Assembly: GCF_902652985.1 (NCBI RefSeq)
Contig: NC_047015.1
Coordinates: 42,408,001-42,472,000 of the forward strand
Length of the DNA stretch: 64,000 bases
Reading direction: 5' to 3'
Source: Pecten maximus
Taxonomy: Eukaryota
Numbering within the stretch: position 1 is the stretch's first letter; each line of letters opens with the position of its first letter. The notes under the pieces are model-generated. The model did no database searches. It worked only from the letters and a program-made list of their open reading frames with translations, and was not told the DNA's origin. The translations under genes and the position numbers were made by a program. Shown here one piece after another: positions 35,848 through 49,694 of the stretch.

Positions 35848-37089
35848 TCAATGACGATTCATAATGATAGTTAAAGACACAACTGTCTCGACGGTCGACA
35901 TCACGGTGAAGAATACGAGACATAGTTTGTCCATGGCGTCAGCAACTTCCTTCCAAGTAACTTTCCTTCCGAGAAAGTCGTCGCGCTTGAGACTACCCGC
36001 CTCATGTTCGTCGCTCTGAGTCCCCACGTCGGTCGTCGAGTCTTTCTGAGAAGGCTTTTTCATGTTTCCTATCTTTCTGTTCCGTAGAAAGCATGAAGTG
36101 AGTTGTTGCATCCTGAACGGTATTCTGCGATCTTCATCATGGTAGATTACCTTTGAAATGACTATACAACAAAGTGCTATGAGACAACTAGTGCACAGTT
36201 TGATCAGCAATGAAACACTAAAGACAGCTATTGGTAGGCTCAATGGAGGGATCTTATCTGAGTATACCGACAGATATACGGCGAACGTCAACAGTACTGT
36301 AATGGCGTAGGATATCTTCTCCCCTGATTCGGCTGGTATCAGAAACACAAGTAGATTCATGAAGTTCAGGGCGATGATAGGTAGAACGAGTGTAAGAAGA
36401 AGGAACGTCGGTCGGCGACTTATTGTGAGGTAGAACTCTACCTTGGAGTGTTGTCCACTATAATCATAATCCACCGAAGTTGACTCAACATTCCAAATCA
36501 GATTTGGATAATACGTTTTCATTATGACTCCAAATGAAGAAGTAAGATTGATCTGATCCATACTGGTCAATGGTGCTACTTCTATTTCACATGTGTGGAC
36601 GTCATTAGGGTAATATAAGATACCAGCATGGCAAACAACATCAAAAATTTTGAAAGTTCGTAAAAGTGCACGTCCATCACGACTATATATAACTTCAACG
36701 GAGTCGCTTTGTTTATAAATGCTGGCTTCATCCACGCTGTTACTGAGAAAAACTTTGGGTACCCACACGTGTGACGAAGTGAACACCATCGAATATATAC
36801 CGTTAGCGGACACAGGATTCCATTGTAAAAGTTCATCGGTCCAGGCGAATGTGAAAATTCCAGACATAGAAAGCTTGCCAGAAACCTCGTCAAATAAATT
36901 AATGCTGTGTAGCATGATGTCAACTGTAACATTTACAGATTTGGTTTGGTCTAACACCGGTCTGATGTTGCTGCTATAGTTGAGGATGAGGTTGTTGTAC
37001 AGATCCATCACCTGGCTGTGTGAAGCTGCAGACACCATAGCTACTATGCCACATATTGCTACCACAACGCGCACCACGCTCATTGACAT
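35848..37089 (-). CDS. Single-exon nicotinic acetylcholine receptor-like (non-alpha) Cys-loop channel subunit, 413 aa
   Basis: Signal peptide; YSSNIRPV; WTDELLQW; WVPK; Cys-loop C-x13-C (CHAGILYYPNDVHTC); RRP before M1; SGEK M1-M2 linker; four TM helices; no vicinal CC. Confidence 0.92.
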   Translation of the reverse strand: MSMSVVRVVVAICGIVAMVSAASHSQVMDLYNNLILNYSSNIRPVLDQTKSVNVTVDIMLHSINLFDEVSGKLSMSGIFTFAWTDELLQWNPVSANGIYSMVFTSSHVWVPKVFLSNSVDEASIYKQSDSVEVIYSRDGRALLRTFKIFDVVCHAGILYYPNDVHTCEIEVAPLTSMDQINLTSSFGVIMKTYYPNLIWNVESTSVDYDYSGQHSKVEFYLTISRRPTFLLLTLVLPIIALNFMNLLVFLIPAESGEKISYAITVLLTFAVYLSVYSDKIPPLSLPIAVFSVSLLIKLCTSCLIALCCIVISKVIYHDEDRRIPFRMQQLTSCFLRNRKIGNMKKPSQKDSTTDVGTQSDEHEAGSLKRDDFLGRKVTWKEVADAMDKLCLVFFTVMSTVETVVSLTIIMNRH

Positions 37090-40000
37090 TTTTACTTTGA
37101 TGTGTGTGGTCCGAAAAAGGTTAAAATGGCTTATTCCACATCAAAAGTAAACGAATACTGTTTCTATACACCAGTGCTGGATTCGTTTTATATTTCCATA
37201 CATTCAATGTGGGCATGGACGTACAAAGATCAATTAAACCTTTTAATTCACACTAGAAAAAATCTACACAATCCATTGGATACATGATGTCACGTGATGG
37301 TAATTTCTATTTCTATAGTCGGCAGTGTGACAATAAAGATGGCAATACAGCCACCGACATCCCTATGGCGAGCGTCGTTTGGGCACTTTACAAGTCTGAT
37401 AAAAAAATTTTTTTCATTGCAATCATTTAATGATGTAGAGGAAATTGATTAAATTGAATGTCTGTCTACGGCATTATAGAGAGTCATCAGAAATATGAGT
37501 CTCGGATTAGAATTTGACTGGCCTCCTATGTTTCCGTAAGCTGACAGTATTAAAATGACTAATAACAGACGTTTGTGAAGCACCAATGAGTAAGTTTTTA
37601 CGTCCTATTGGTCTGGGAAACATGGTTGATACATTAACACGATACATGTATTGCGTATATGTTGCCTTTAATTGATACAGTATGATGGAGCAGTATTTAT
37701 GTTTGTGATATACAATATTCGGATATTCTTGTTAATTTCATCCAAATAGCATACACGCAAATGGTTTTTCGAAAAAAAGCGAAAACATGTTATCTGTGTA
37801 GTATCTGAATAAAGTTTCAACAGAATAAGGTATTTTATACCTTGTAAATGGTAATGATAGTGTTATCTGTAGCTCTTGATTTATTTTAAATCTTCGTATG
37901 TTATGAATATAGCAAAAAGAATACCAGTTTTATTGAATTTTTATCATCATTGTCTTATTGTTTAAATTGCAGAATCAGAGCCTGATTATTTTCAATGCCT
38001 TTGTATCATCAATGTCCTATGGTCAATAATTGGTATTGAGAGCCTGACTATTTTTATAATCATTGTATTGTTGTTTACACTGGTTAATGGGGGTCTGACT
38101 ATATTTTATTAAATCAACTATTATGAAACAGGTCTTTACTAATGGACTTTAGTAATATTAACATGTTTGAGTTGCCTCTCTTATAACAAAAAAGTCTGTG
38201 AATGCATGATTTTTTTTCTCAAAATAAGAAGAATTTATCTATCGATATTATATATTGTTCAAATATGAACAAGATGTCGCTATAAGTAATTTCTGATAAA
38301 TTCGATACCCACCATTACCTTTATATTCATTATGCAATAACGTAGATCTCTTTCAAAAATACATGTCCCCGTCCCTATTCACGTCCGATCAGAGAATCGA
38401 GTCCCGGCTGCCTCGGTGAACTTAATGTGTTACTACTGTGTCACCTAACCACCCAATAATACATCATTGACATGTAAACACAAGTCTTAATTTAATGTAA
38501 CTCTCTCTGTCACAATCGTATTTTGATGTGTATGTATGTGTATTAATAAAAGACCAACAAAATGAGAAGAAACGTTTAACACAGGTCGAAGTAGTAAGTC
38601 TAAAAATAGAACAATAACCTGAAGTATATTGGCAAACGATCAAAATAAAATAAACTCAAGTAGTATCTTCTATTTAACATCAAACTCTGTGTAAAATCGT
38701 GATAAAATCAAATAAAACAATAGTAAAATGTGAACATTTACAAAATGAAAAAGCACATGACAGAAAAAAATGTTGTTTCGGAAGATGAAGCAATGTCTAA
38801 TTAATTCCACGTTCTCAAAATCAGGATTGCAACGTACCATTGGGCGTAAAATCGAGCAACAAAAACCAAATCTTCACATTACACAATTGAATAAAATATT
38901 TTCCAATTAATTGAAAACTGCTGAATAATTTTTGCAATCTTTATCTCCCGTGTGTCTTTTGTTGCAATTCTTTGAGATTGCAGGTGGTACACACTGCCGG
39001 TGGTCATCGAGGATTATCGTAACGTTGAAGCCAAGTTTAACTTCATTTGAATAGTGACACTGTTCCGAATATCTATACATGTATATTGTGCTTGACATTA
39101 TTTTTAAGTCGAAAACTTGCAATTCACAAGAAATTGCGTTTTGTTACTTTCTTTGTTAGAATTCTACATTCTTTATGAACACTGCGTTATTGGCAACAAC
39201 CTATGACTGTAGAATACGTAGTAAATACTGCTAATAAAAGGAAGCACATATATGCTATCACTATTGAACTAGCCCGATTTTACACCAGACATGGTGTCAG
39301 GGCCAGAGGAAACTCGGGCTATATCGAACATATATCATTAAAAGGGAAATTGAGCTCATCACGCTTATCACACAGCTTAATGTTATAAGCATGTAGAATG
39401 TCGTGGCTCAGATATAAACTCACGAAAAATATATACACCTTTTCATATATTTCATAATTTCTACAAATATTACATGTTCAACATTTTTTTTTTGCCAAAA
39501 TCGGAGAAATTGGATCATTTAACAGTATAACAGTTTGTGATCGACCTGGTAAATATGTTGTTGTATTAAGACTATATGTTGTGCTTCATTCACACATATG
39601 TTCGCCCCTGGTAGCCTCCCTTTATACATCCAAAATGGGAATTGAGATGTCTTTTAGTTTTTTTGTTTTTTTTAAACTACATATTCAGTCCAGGTATTGT
39701 AAAATCTATTAGAAATTTCCAACCTTAACCATATAGTTATACCACAATGATTCACAGAATAAGATGTCAATTGTCTTGTCTAGCCGTACTAAATAGCGGA
39801 TATATTAAACACATTAAACATCCTTTTCTAAAAAGGATTGGGTATCCTTTCCCCATATAGACGATAATAGTGATCTCCCGTACCAGATAGGCCCACGCTC
39901 GGAAGGGGAATTTCATTTAGACTTATCATACGCCATGCAGACTTTGAATATTATAATCTTATCCATGTAAGTATCAACGTCTTGCAAAAATAAAAAAAGT

Positions 40001-42254
40001 TTTTCATCTTCAAGCCTCCCAGTCATAGGGCTGAAGAAGGGTAGCACGAGCTATTCTATCAAAGGAACCCTTCCAAATTAAATAGATAAAGTGATTTTAT
40101 TTATTTTTTAAATCATGAACCCAGGTTGATTATGAATAGTAAGAATTAGATGTACAATTTTGGAAGTTATTCTTCCCACTGTTAATTGTTGTTTCGGGTT
40201 AGTATCTCAAGAATATTTTCCGATATTAGGATCAAATCAAGAAAATTTTAAACTGGTTAAGGAGACATAAGGTACTACAATCTCAGTGATTTCTCACTTC
40301 CATCCAGGGTAATACATCATCTAAAAGCTGCTTCATCCTGTATTCATAATTAGATATTCTAATACCTTGATATTTCTGATTAATATGGCAATTATTTCTT
40401 CACATAGTATGAATAAATATGGAGCTAGAAGGTCACCCTGTCGCCACTCGCGTTGCACTGGAAGGGACCGTGAAAAACACCACTTTGAAGAATGCATACC
40501 TTACAGTCATTGTTAAATATTTTGACCCATTTCTTCACACTTTTTTAGGAAACTTAAAATATGATAAAACATTATAAAGAAATATCCACGACAATGAGCT
40601 AAAAGCTTCAAATATCGCTAGTTAGGGATGGATGGATAGATGTAACTATATAGAAATTGAATATTCTCAAATCAATATATAGCTTAGTTGTAAGTTGTTC
40701 TTGCTGATTACGTTCTTAGTAAAGATCGACGTAAGCGGCGGATGTTGTGTCCTGGATTTCATGCTCAGGGTACATTTGATCGCCCTTACCATAAAGTGTT
40801 TGGTTTATTAAAAACAAAACATCATCAATGCATTAACTAGCGAAACTGAACCACTGTTCAATGTCACTGTTACCTGATATGCTACTCTCTTCAACATAAT
40901 AAGCCCTGTAAGATAATAAAACAAGTTGGCCTGGAGTAGGACTAATTTGTTCTCATGGCTATGTCAATATTCTGTTAGTAGATCATTAAGAGAGGATGTG
41001 TTATCGACTAGAAATCTGGGTCCTGAGCCATATGTTTAACGTAATATACGACAATATAGCTCACGGTAAATGTATCTTAATGTCGTTTGGAAAATAAAGC
41101 TCTGGTACCGTGGGGACGAATTCGTTCCTTAATTATCAACAAGCGTGGTAATTTAAAAGTCATTTCCTTTTATTTAATAAATACATGCAAAGCTATATAT
41201 CATCATATATCAGTAGATCCGTTGGAACCTATAGTTTATAATAAAGGTACTTAATTATGTAAATAGTATTGCTGTTAAATTGCATTTTAAAGCAGCAATT
41301 TTTAACATGTGCCCTTGTATCCATTGGATCTGTATGTGGAAAGAGGACTAACATTATCCCTAATTTATTTGTATAAGTACATTGTAAAAGCTTCAAAGAA
41401 ATGACAATCTACACTTTTTAATACAAACCACACACTGAAAGATATTTCAATGTGTGGAAACATCCATTTTTCTAAGCAAGTCCTCCATATCAAATAACGC
41501 ATCTGTGACGTTGTATCAGATAGGATATACTATTGACAAAATTATAGCTATACCTGTTCAGAGTGTATGACTTTCCTATTGGTATTTTTTTAGTTGGATA
41601 TTATGACATTGAAAAGGGTATTGAGGAAATCTGAAAATTCAACGTGTCACTAAGAGAAATAAAGGCACGAGTTTGTCCGGGTAGACGACACATTAAACAA
41701 TTCAAGAAACGTTAAGTTCGTAAAAAATGCATTCTAATCACCATTGTATGGTACTAAAAATTATTTCTAAAATATAATTTAATTTATCATATGAAGACCG
41801 CCTTATTAATTGTATGGCTAATTTGATATGCATTTATAAAATTCCCTTTTCTAGTATGCACATGAATTATACGACTACATGCAGTATTTCTCTTCATTGC
41901 TTTGTACAGTGTACCAAGTCTCCCATAATCTTGGAGTTATCCCCCTTTGCACAGTATATCCGGTAGGCATATTTGGAAAAGCTACTGAGAAAGGCAAATC
42001 CCCACCCTTCCCTCCCCATTTTCACACCTTTTCTGCTTTGGGCTATTCTGTTCTATATTGCAGGCACGTTCTCCAATTCGTCAAGACTTCGACCACGACA
42101 TGCAGAGGTGCTGGCGGTATTTTTCTGGTAGACAACAGATTGCTCTGCTTTTTTGGAAAGTTTATATCATTTTGCATCACATTATAGTATCAGCTTTTGA
42201 GTCTGGAGGAATATCCTGTTCATAAGTAGTAAAGAAATTGTTATCTTTGTTCTT

Positions 42255-42490
42255 TGTTCAGAGTGTCTTCTATCTGATAAATGAATGGAGTCATTCATCT
42301 ACGCTATTTCTTAGGAGAACTTTGGGATGCCATCCTAAAAATCCAACTGTCCGGGTAAAAATAAAATTCCAGACATGGAAAGCTTACCAGAAACCTCGTC
42401 AAATAATTTAATGTTACGTAGCAGGATGTCTACTTCAACCATAACATGTTCTATTCGATCGCAGGTCTAATGTTGCTGGTGGAGTTGAGT
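42255..42490 (-). pseudogene. Degenerate fragment of a paralog of the 35848-37089 receptor (N-terminal extracellular domain)
   Basis: AAATTCCAGACATGGAAAGCTTACCAGAAACCTCGTCAAATAA... closely matches ~36856-36985; flanking parts align with deletions and frameshifts. Confidence 0.75.
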
Positions 42491-45400
42491 ATGAGTCTGT
42501 CGTAAAGATCACGTTCTTGCAGTGTGAGGCCGGAGACGCAAAAGATTGTACCAGAATTTCATATGGAACAACGATAAGGGAAGCATTTATAATGCAGCTA
42601 AACTGAGCAAATATATGCAGAAACAAATCTACTCTCCATGCAAGAGTGCTGGCTTCGCGTTAAACAAACTATATAACCTTGGATTGGATGCATATAGGTG
42701 GATAAAACCCAATATAGGTCCATTAGGAAGAACAGGAGATTATCATTGTTTTACATCCGAGACTGGTACGGACAACAAATAAGCAATGGCATGGTGCAAT
42801 GCATTAGCAAATAACAAGAATCAATACACTGCCAAACGATATTAGATTATCGCCTCAGGTACAGCTTCAAATAATATTTCATAGGTTACCAATTTTAACT
42901 TAAACTTATATAACCCAAATTCTGAAATTCACAACGTACTTACCACTGCTTACAAGATTCACCATTTTTTCTACTCATTTCTCTTCCTCCGCCAAAGGTA
43001 CTAAGTATTATTTTGAACTACCAATAAAATTACACTTGTTTTATCAATGAATGCATAATTATTTAATTTATGATTTAAAGAATATGATTATTTATCATCA
43101 TCACGGGAATCGTGACATTGAGACAAGACTTTTCACCTTTGTTGAACTGGGATATGTAAATATCGCAAGTTGCTGATGTATGGATGTACCAATCTAGAAA
43201 TGCCCAATTTACAGTAAGGAAATGAAATTGAATAATTAACAACTATTATACAGCTTACTGTACTTGTAAGTTGTCTGCTGATTCAACATGAGCGGCTGAT
43301 ATAGAGTCTGCAATGTCCTTGATTTAAGGTACACCCGACGGACATGCCAAATAAAGTATTTTGTTATTTACGGACAAAGCATCATTAATATCAAATATCT
43401 GGTCTAGAGTAAGCATAATTTGTTTCCATGATAATCTGTTGGATGAGCAGAAATCGGGGTCCTTGGCCATATGTTTAACGAAATACGCTCCAGTATAGCT
43501 TCCAATAATACATTTGTAATGCCGATTTTTTTCGGAAAGTAAAAGAAAGCTCTCGTCATAAGCTAAGGGTCAAGAGGTGAAAAGCAGTTTTGATAGAAAA
43601 GGCATTTTCTTGAGCGAATGTTCAATATTATATCTTTAACTGCCATTGTGCTTTGTTGTTCTTCCAGTTAAAAAAAACTGGTCATGATTAGACTAATGGA
43701 CTGATAACGACTCATTACCGATACTTACCATTACATTACGCAATGACATCGATTGCACAACAGCATACTGTGTATATATGTATAACATGTTGAATGCTAT
43801 GTAAACAAACCAAGATAAATAGTATCGAACTTTTTATGACGTAGCTGGTGATTGACTTCCTTTGTTTGTGACTTGTATGCCGACTTTGATTAGCAAATGT
43901 CATTAGCAAAGCAAATATTTAGATCAATACCACGCGCGGTGTCCCCTCTTAATATTGATGAACATACGTTACATTACAGCGGCAAATTCACACGATTAAA
44001 TAGCAGTATTATTTTCATTTTGACGAAGCTTTACATTGTCAACAGTGTCAAAGATAGTACGAATGATATCAGTGTAAATATTAATTTAATTCGTGCATTT
44101 TTCTAACGTTCGTTTGTGCGATCGGCGTATACACCTCGCAATGCTCTGTGTTAAGTTTGACTAAAACGAATAATGAAGCTACGAATATCTTTATTATGTG
44201 AATAGAAAATTGTTAAATATCATGCTAACAGAAAGATACAGAGAAGCTGGGTTCTAAGTTAGATTTGACAGGAAATATTTCAGCACACTTCATTTGGCAA
44301 CTGTGATTTTGCGTAATGTTGTTCGTGCTAGATAAGCTATGTTAATTTGTTGAGTTGGTGGATGCTATTAGTATTCAATATTGCATAAAAGAATCATCAC
44401 TCTGCAACAGTGTCTCATTTCGCGCATTAAGAATAGTGTTTTTAATATCTATTAACTGATTTTGATAAGTTACAATTTTTCAAGAGTTTAGTAATTTTCT
44501 AAATGATATAGAGCTCTATCTAAAAATCTACCGATGTTGACAGTTTGTAACATGTATGTCACATTTCAATTCATTTGGGTATTGACACGGCTAAGAATGT
44601 ACACATGTACTCCACGTTAAATGACTTATGGGATCATTATAACCTAATTCCCAATGATATATCTACCATGCTAAATGCATAACATATTCCTAAATAAAGT
44701 TTGATATAGCTCTGTTCCTGGAATTATCACTGGACGGTATGACGCCGTACAGGGAAGATACGCTGATGGGATATTTTTGTTACCCTCATGTTGCTCTGAA
44801 AATACATCTTATGGTTTTATTTTGTATTTTCGTATCGACCTTCTCTGATAAAGCTCTTTCCCATTTCATCCAATACAAAAATAAGCAGCATAATCTATCA
44901 GATGATATTTTGCATTATAGAATCATGTGATAAAGTTTGCACAATTGGTATACTTTGTTCATATGATATATATATATACATGCTGAATGATTGGAAAAGA
45001 AATTCAAAGGGAAGCATCTTTTTTTATTACGTAGATGGTGTTGAACTTTGTGTCTATTTGTGACATGTGTGTAGTCGTTGGTTGGCAAATGTTATTAGCA
45101 AAGCAAATATTGGAAGCATCGTCACGCGCTTTGATATTGTTATACCGTAATTGCAAAGACTGGTATTTTCCTCTTGACACTTCAAATTATATCAAGTGAT
45201 ACAGTTTAACCAAATATGGCTTTGGAAAGCCAATATCAGAACATTTACGAATCCTCACCTTGCAATTAACGGCAGATAACTCCGATAATATCACACGGGA
45301 GTTGATAAGTTCCTATTACTTAGAATGAGCTTTTAATGCTTGATTCCTATTTATAGCTCGTTTTAAAGAAAATGCTCTGACGTTTTCAGTGAAATTTAAC

Positions 45401-46559
45401 ATTACATATTTCTAGCCAGGCGTTTAAAACTACCACAGAAGTCGCGACATTTTCCTTCCACTGGTCACCGGTGTGGATTCCCTAATGGACATAGTTTTAT
45501 TCGTGCTGTCACACAAAATCAAACTTATCACATTCAACAGAAGATGTATACATATTCATTCACCTACCATGGAATGGTCTGTTTATAGCACATCATCCAT
45601 GGATCGCTCAATGGCAACAACACAGCTTCTATGTTTGTACTGTTTGTCCTGGAATGTTAACGCCTTTCCGATTGGTCTGGGGCATTCCCGTAACCAATCA
45701 GAAAACAAAATGATGAGACAATTTCAAGGAATGGCTTATTTATTTTAGAGCAATTACGAAACAATTTATATCGTCTTATACGAATCACTCTTGTTTGTTC
45801 TGATGGGAGTGCGTGAGGGGTTATTCTGTGGGAGGAAACCGTAATACCCGAAGGTAGCGGTGTATAGTAGAAATGCCCAATTCTGTGTAAAGGACTCACA
45901 GTGCACTGTACATGTCAGGGTTACTGTCTTTCGAGTACCCGTGTGCTCTTATATGCCATTAAACCTATGAAATAACAACATTTATCGATAGAAAAAACTT
46001 CAAACTTTAATTTGATATAAATTTCACATCATTTTAACTTCAAACGAACGAATGAAGTGATTGAGTAACTAGTACTAACATATAGTAAATTATTTAGTTT
46101 TGCGAGTCCTAAACACACTTTCGGAAAATCTGGAAATTTATTATCTCGAATCCATTTTGATTGTTTTCTGTTAGTCTGCATATGTACTTCATAATGAATA
46201 TATCAATTATAGTATACATATATTTTTTTTGATTTTGTATGTTGTATATCATAATGCAGGAATTATTTGCTTAATAAAAATAAAAATCTCCTATTGTCAG
46301 GCTATCCTACTATGGTCTGCTACCTGGGAAACCTACGTGGTTCGGCATATGACACCCATACCTATTCAATTTCGATCCGGGTTTTTTAACGATGGTCGCC
46401 TAGGTGAAAGGTGAGTGTGTCACCCTGCACCTAATACTGTTTATGGCTATGAGATCGCAGTTTTGTTTACACTTGACAGTATTATGATTAGTTTATAGGA
46501 AAATCATAAACGCAGCTTAATATCTTTAAGTGAACAGTAAATCATTGTTAAAGATCACG

Positions 46560-47270
46560 CAAGATACAAGATACAAGAAATTGTATTTATAGTCGTATAT
46601 ATGAAACAGACATTAGCCCTGAAAGCTATTATTATGAATAACATAAGGAAGGATATGAAAGTAAGGTAAAACGATATAAAATTGCTATTGTTAAGTAAGG
46701 AGAGATTAAATTAAGCATATACTAGAATACATAGATAAGAGCAAGCTTAAATCAACATAAATATTTGCTGACTAAGAGCACATTGCAATATGTATAAAGT
46801 GTAACAATTGTATGGAGTATTTTTAAAGAAAGTAAAAATTAAACATAAGGTGACAATAGGCACTACACAGTACATAGTTAAATAGCTATAGTGCACAAAA
46901 CAGCAGATCACATGGCTCCAAAGCACTACCAGTGATGTACACACACTATATCCTAAATGGTATGTAATAGACAGCAAGGCACATAACATGCAAAGCACCT
47001 CCGTCACGATGCATAAAAAAGCCCCATAGCATAATGGTAAAACAACAATGAGGATGAGAAATAAATAAGCAAGTAATAAAGATAAAAATGAGCAGTTCTA
47101 AAAATAACCTAACGTAAACACAAGAAGCAGTTGTTCACCCAGGGTACCCAGCAGTCTGAAGAAAACTGAAAATGAAAGAGTTGTCTTCAGCTCATTTTGC
47201 AGATTATTCCACGCCCTGGCTGCCTCAAAGAAGAATGATTTCAAGCAAAACCTGGTGATGTTCGCTCTTG
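46560..47270 (-). mobile_element. CR1/L2-type LINE 3' end
   Basis: Minus-strand peptide LKSFFFEAARAWNNLQNELKTT resembles the L2/CR1 ORF2 end; followed by a 3' UTR and a (TCTTGTA)n tail at ~46560-46578. Confidence 0.5.
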
Positions 47271-49694
47271 AAATATCGGCTTTGATTTTTTCCTTGAGAA
47301 TATAACAAACATTTTGTCTATTTTTAGCAACAAATCCATACGAACTGGCGTATAATACGCAAGTCGGTTTTCTCCAACTTGTTTAAAATATTTTCATCAA
47401 TATGTTCGCAGAGGAATCTTTCGGCTCAGTGCGCACATAGGATGGCGACAATGCTTTGTATGAGTCTATATCACAACATGTCATTCCTGGGCTTTGTAAC
47501 GCGATAATCACCCAATCACATTATACAGAGAACGGAGGTATCCCTCACGACCATTTATAAGCTGAACGTTAATCAAAAGACAGTAATCATGATGTTTTTT
47601 AAATATGGTTTGTTTCGGTCTGGTGACAGAACCCATTGTCCTTTTTGGGGAGACGCATAGGACAAACCAGTATTTGGCTTAGTGAGGCGTTTAAAAGATG
47701 ATCGAATGGAAATACCATTTCAAATTTTGCAATGGAGAAAAAGCCTTCTCTTGCAGGAAGTTACCACATTAGTCGCCTCTAGAACAGTGGATCAATACAG
47801 GCGTATTCTTTTCTCATTTCCCGACCAGCAAGGTTGGAAAAGTAGTACTAAAATTGACATTAAGGATGAAATGTATTTACCACACATGACAGTCGATGAT
47901 AACACAAGTATACCAGGTTAAATACTTATTAGTACGAAATATTATAACTTTTATACTAATAAGTATTTGTGCCGCTGGAATAATACTTGAGTTACCGTGT
48001 TCATTTTGTTAACGAATCATATTGTATTGTTTGTAATGTCTTTTGATTGTGTTGAAAATCAATAAAACTTGTATGATAAAAAACCCATAGAAGTGTATCA
48101 CAAATACTTTGGTTGTATTTAGCAATACAATAAGGGATGTATTGACAGTACATATAAACAAGTTAAGTATTTGCTTAATATCGATGTCAATCTAGTTTAC
48201 GTTAAGTGAAAATAGTAATATGAAAGGGCGAAATTAACACCGGTGGAAATAATGTATAATAATCCTTAAAGTGTTTTGTAGTTGTGGATTTTGTAGAGTT
48301 GTAGAATAATGACGAAGTCGTAAATTGTTGGTTCCTTTGTTTATTAATGCAGGTAGGTATATGTTGTGTCTGTACGAAGACGGGTAGGAGTGACGTGTCC
48401 GTGCAAAGCACGGCCGAAGGAGTGACATTAGTATGAACGGAAGGCTACTCTTTTATAATAATCATAATGTGCACAGGCCGGACAGATAGATTTCCCCCGA
48501 CTTAATATGGTTATAGGGTTCGTGACCTGAAGTCTACATGTAAATACCACATTAATTAGAACTACACGAAGATAATTGAATACAACCAGTATTACATGAA
48601 CATGGTTTAGATAACATCCAAGTTGTTTAGAGAACCGAGGTCTATCTAATTACTGACAAATTAGCTAACGTGTACATGTAGATATGATGATTTACAGGTT
48701 CTATGTACAATTATACAAACTGCTAGTGGACATATTACAGTACAGAACGTTTCCCCATAAAAAGTTAAATGAAATAATTATTCTTTCTTAGACGGTACTG
48801 GAATTTACTCCTTCTTTCAACATCGACGTCAGTATTCGTGTACTCATTGTCAAAAATACAATACTTAAGCGTACTTAAAAAAATATATTACTGAGATTAC
48901 GGCAGTCATACCCTCTAGCAGAGCTTACTGCTTACGTATAGGTTTACTAATAAGTTGGTTTAGGGTGAATATTAAGGTCAGTTGATTTAATGCCAAAACC
49001 AGTCACACAAAAAGTTGGACACATATAGACTGTAACAGTCGGTTAGAAGGCCGACAACGTAACCTCAAAGTAAGATCTAAGGCCCGTAGCTCCCTACCCG
49101 CGCGGGTTTATTTTTCTCGGGACGCTGAGAAACGTACCGGTCTGTGCTTTCGCGGTTGTGTTCTTTAGCAAGCCACTTTACCATAATTACTCTTGATGGC
49201 ATGCGATGAGCCTCCCCTGTGTTGTTCATTGAACTATAAGGAGATCCCGCCTTAAAATGACGTTGGCTGTTAAACGGGGCAATAAACCAAGAAAACAAAC
49301 AAACATACAAACTAAAACTGTAACATCATAACCTCTTTTTCAAAATTATATTTTCTATTGAAGATATCTTCATTTCCCCTCTTTTAAAGAAAAACATACA
49401 TAGAAAAAGTACTTCCACATTATACTTGATGAATATGTGTTTACATGAACACTAAAACGGGTGATAATCGCGAATCCTTTTCAATCATTACGTCTTAAAC
49501 GTGTTGATCAAACCCAGATTTTGAGCTCAACGAAAGTCAATAATTCATGAAGATTTTGTTTACAACATTCCTTATTTAGTGATTCTAATGGACATATATT
49601 TCTAATAATTGTTGATTTACTCTTTTCAAATCAAACCAGCATGTATCCATATTCAGTTGATATTGAGTTTAAATGGAACCGAAAATTTCGTACA

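Noticed and set aside
36582-36979. Overlapping ORFs inside the receptor genes (also 49641-50956, 59403-59961)
   Set aside because: Alternative-frame or antisense shadows of the receptor CDSs; conserved only because of the duplication.
40030-40065. Other CTGANGA matches as hammerheads (also ~651, 2456, 47157)
   Set aside because: No stem II followed by GAAA and a pairing stem I.
39770-42190. Coding-looking stretches (39.8-40.4 kb, 41.9-42.2 kb)
   Set aside because: Interrupted by stops and no recognisable family; possibly decayed TE sequence, would need BLASTX.
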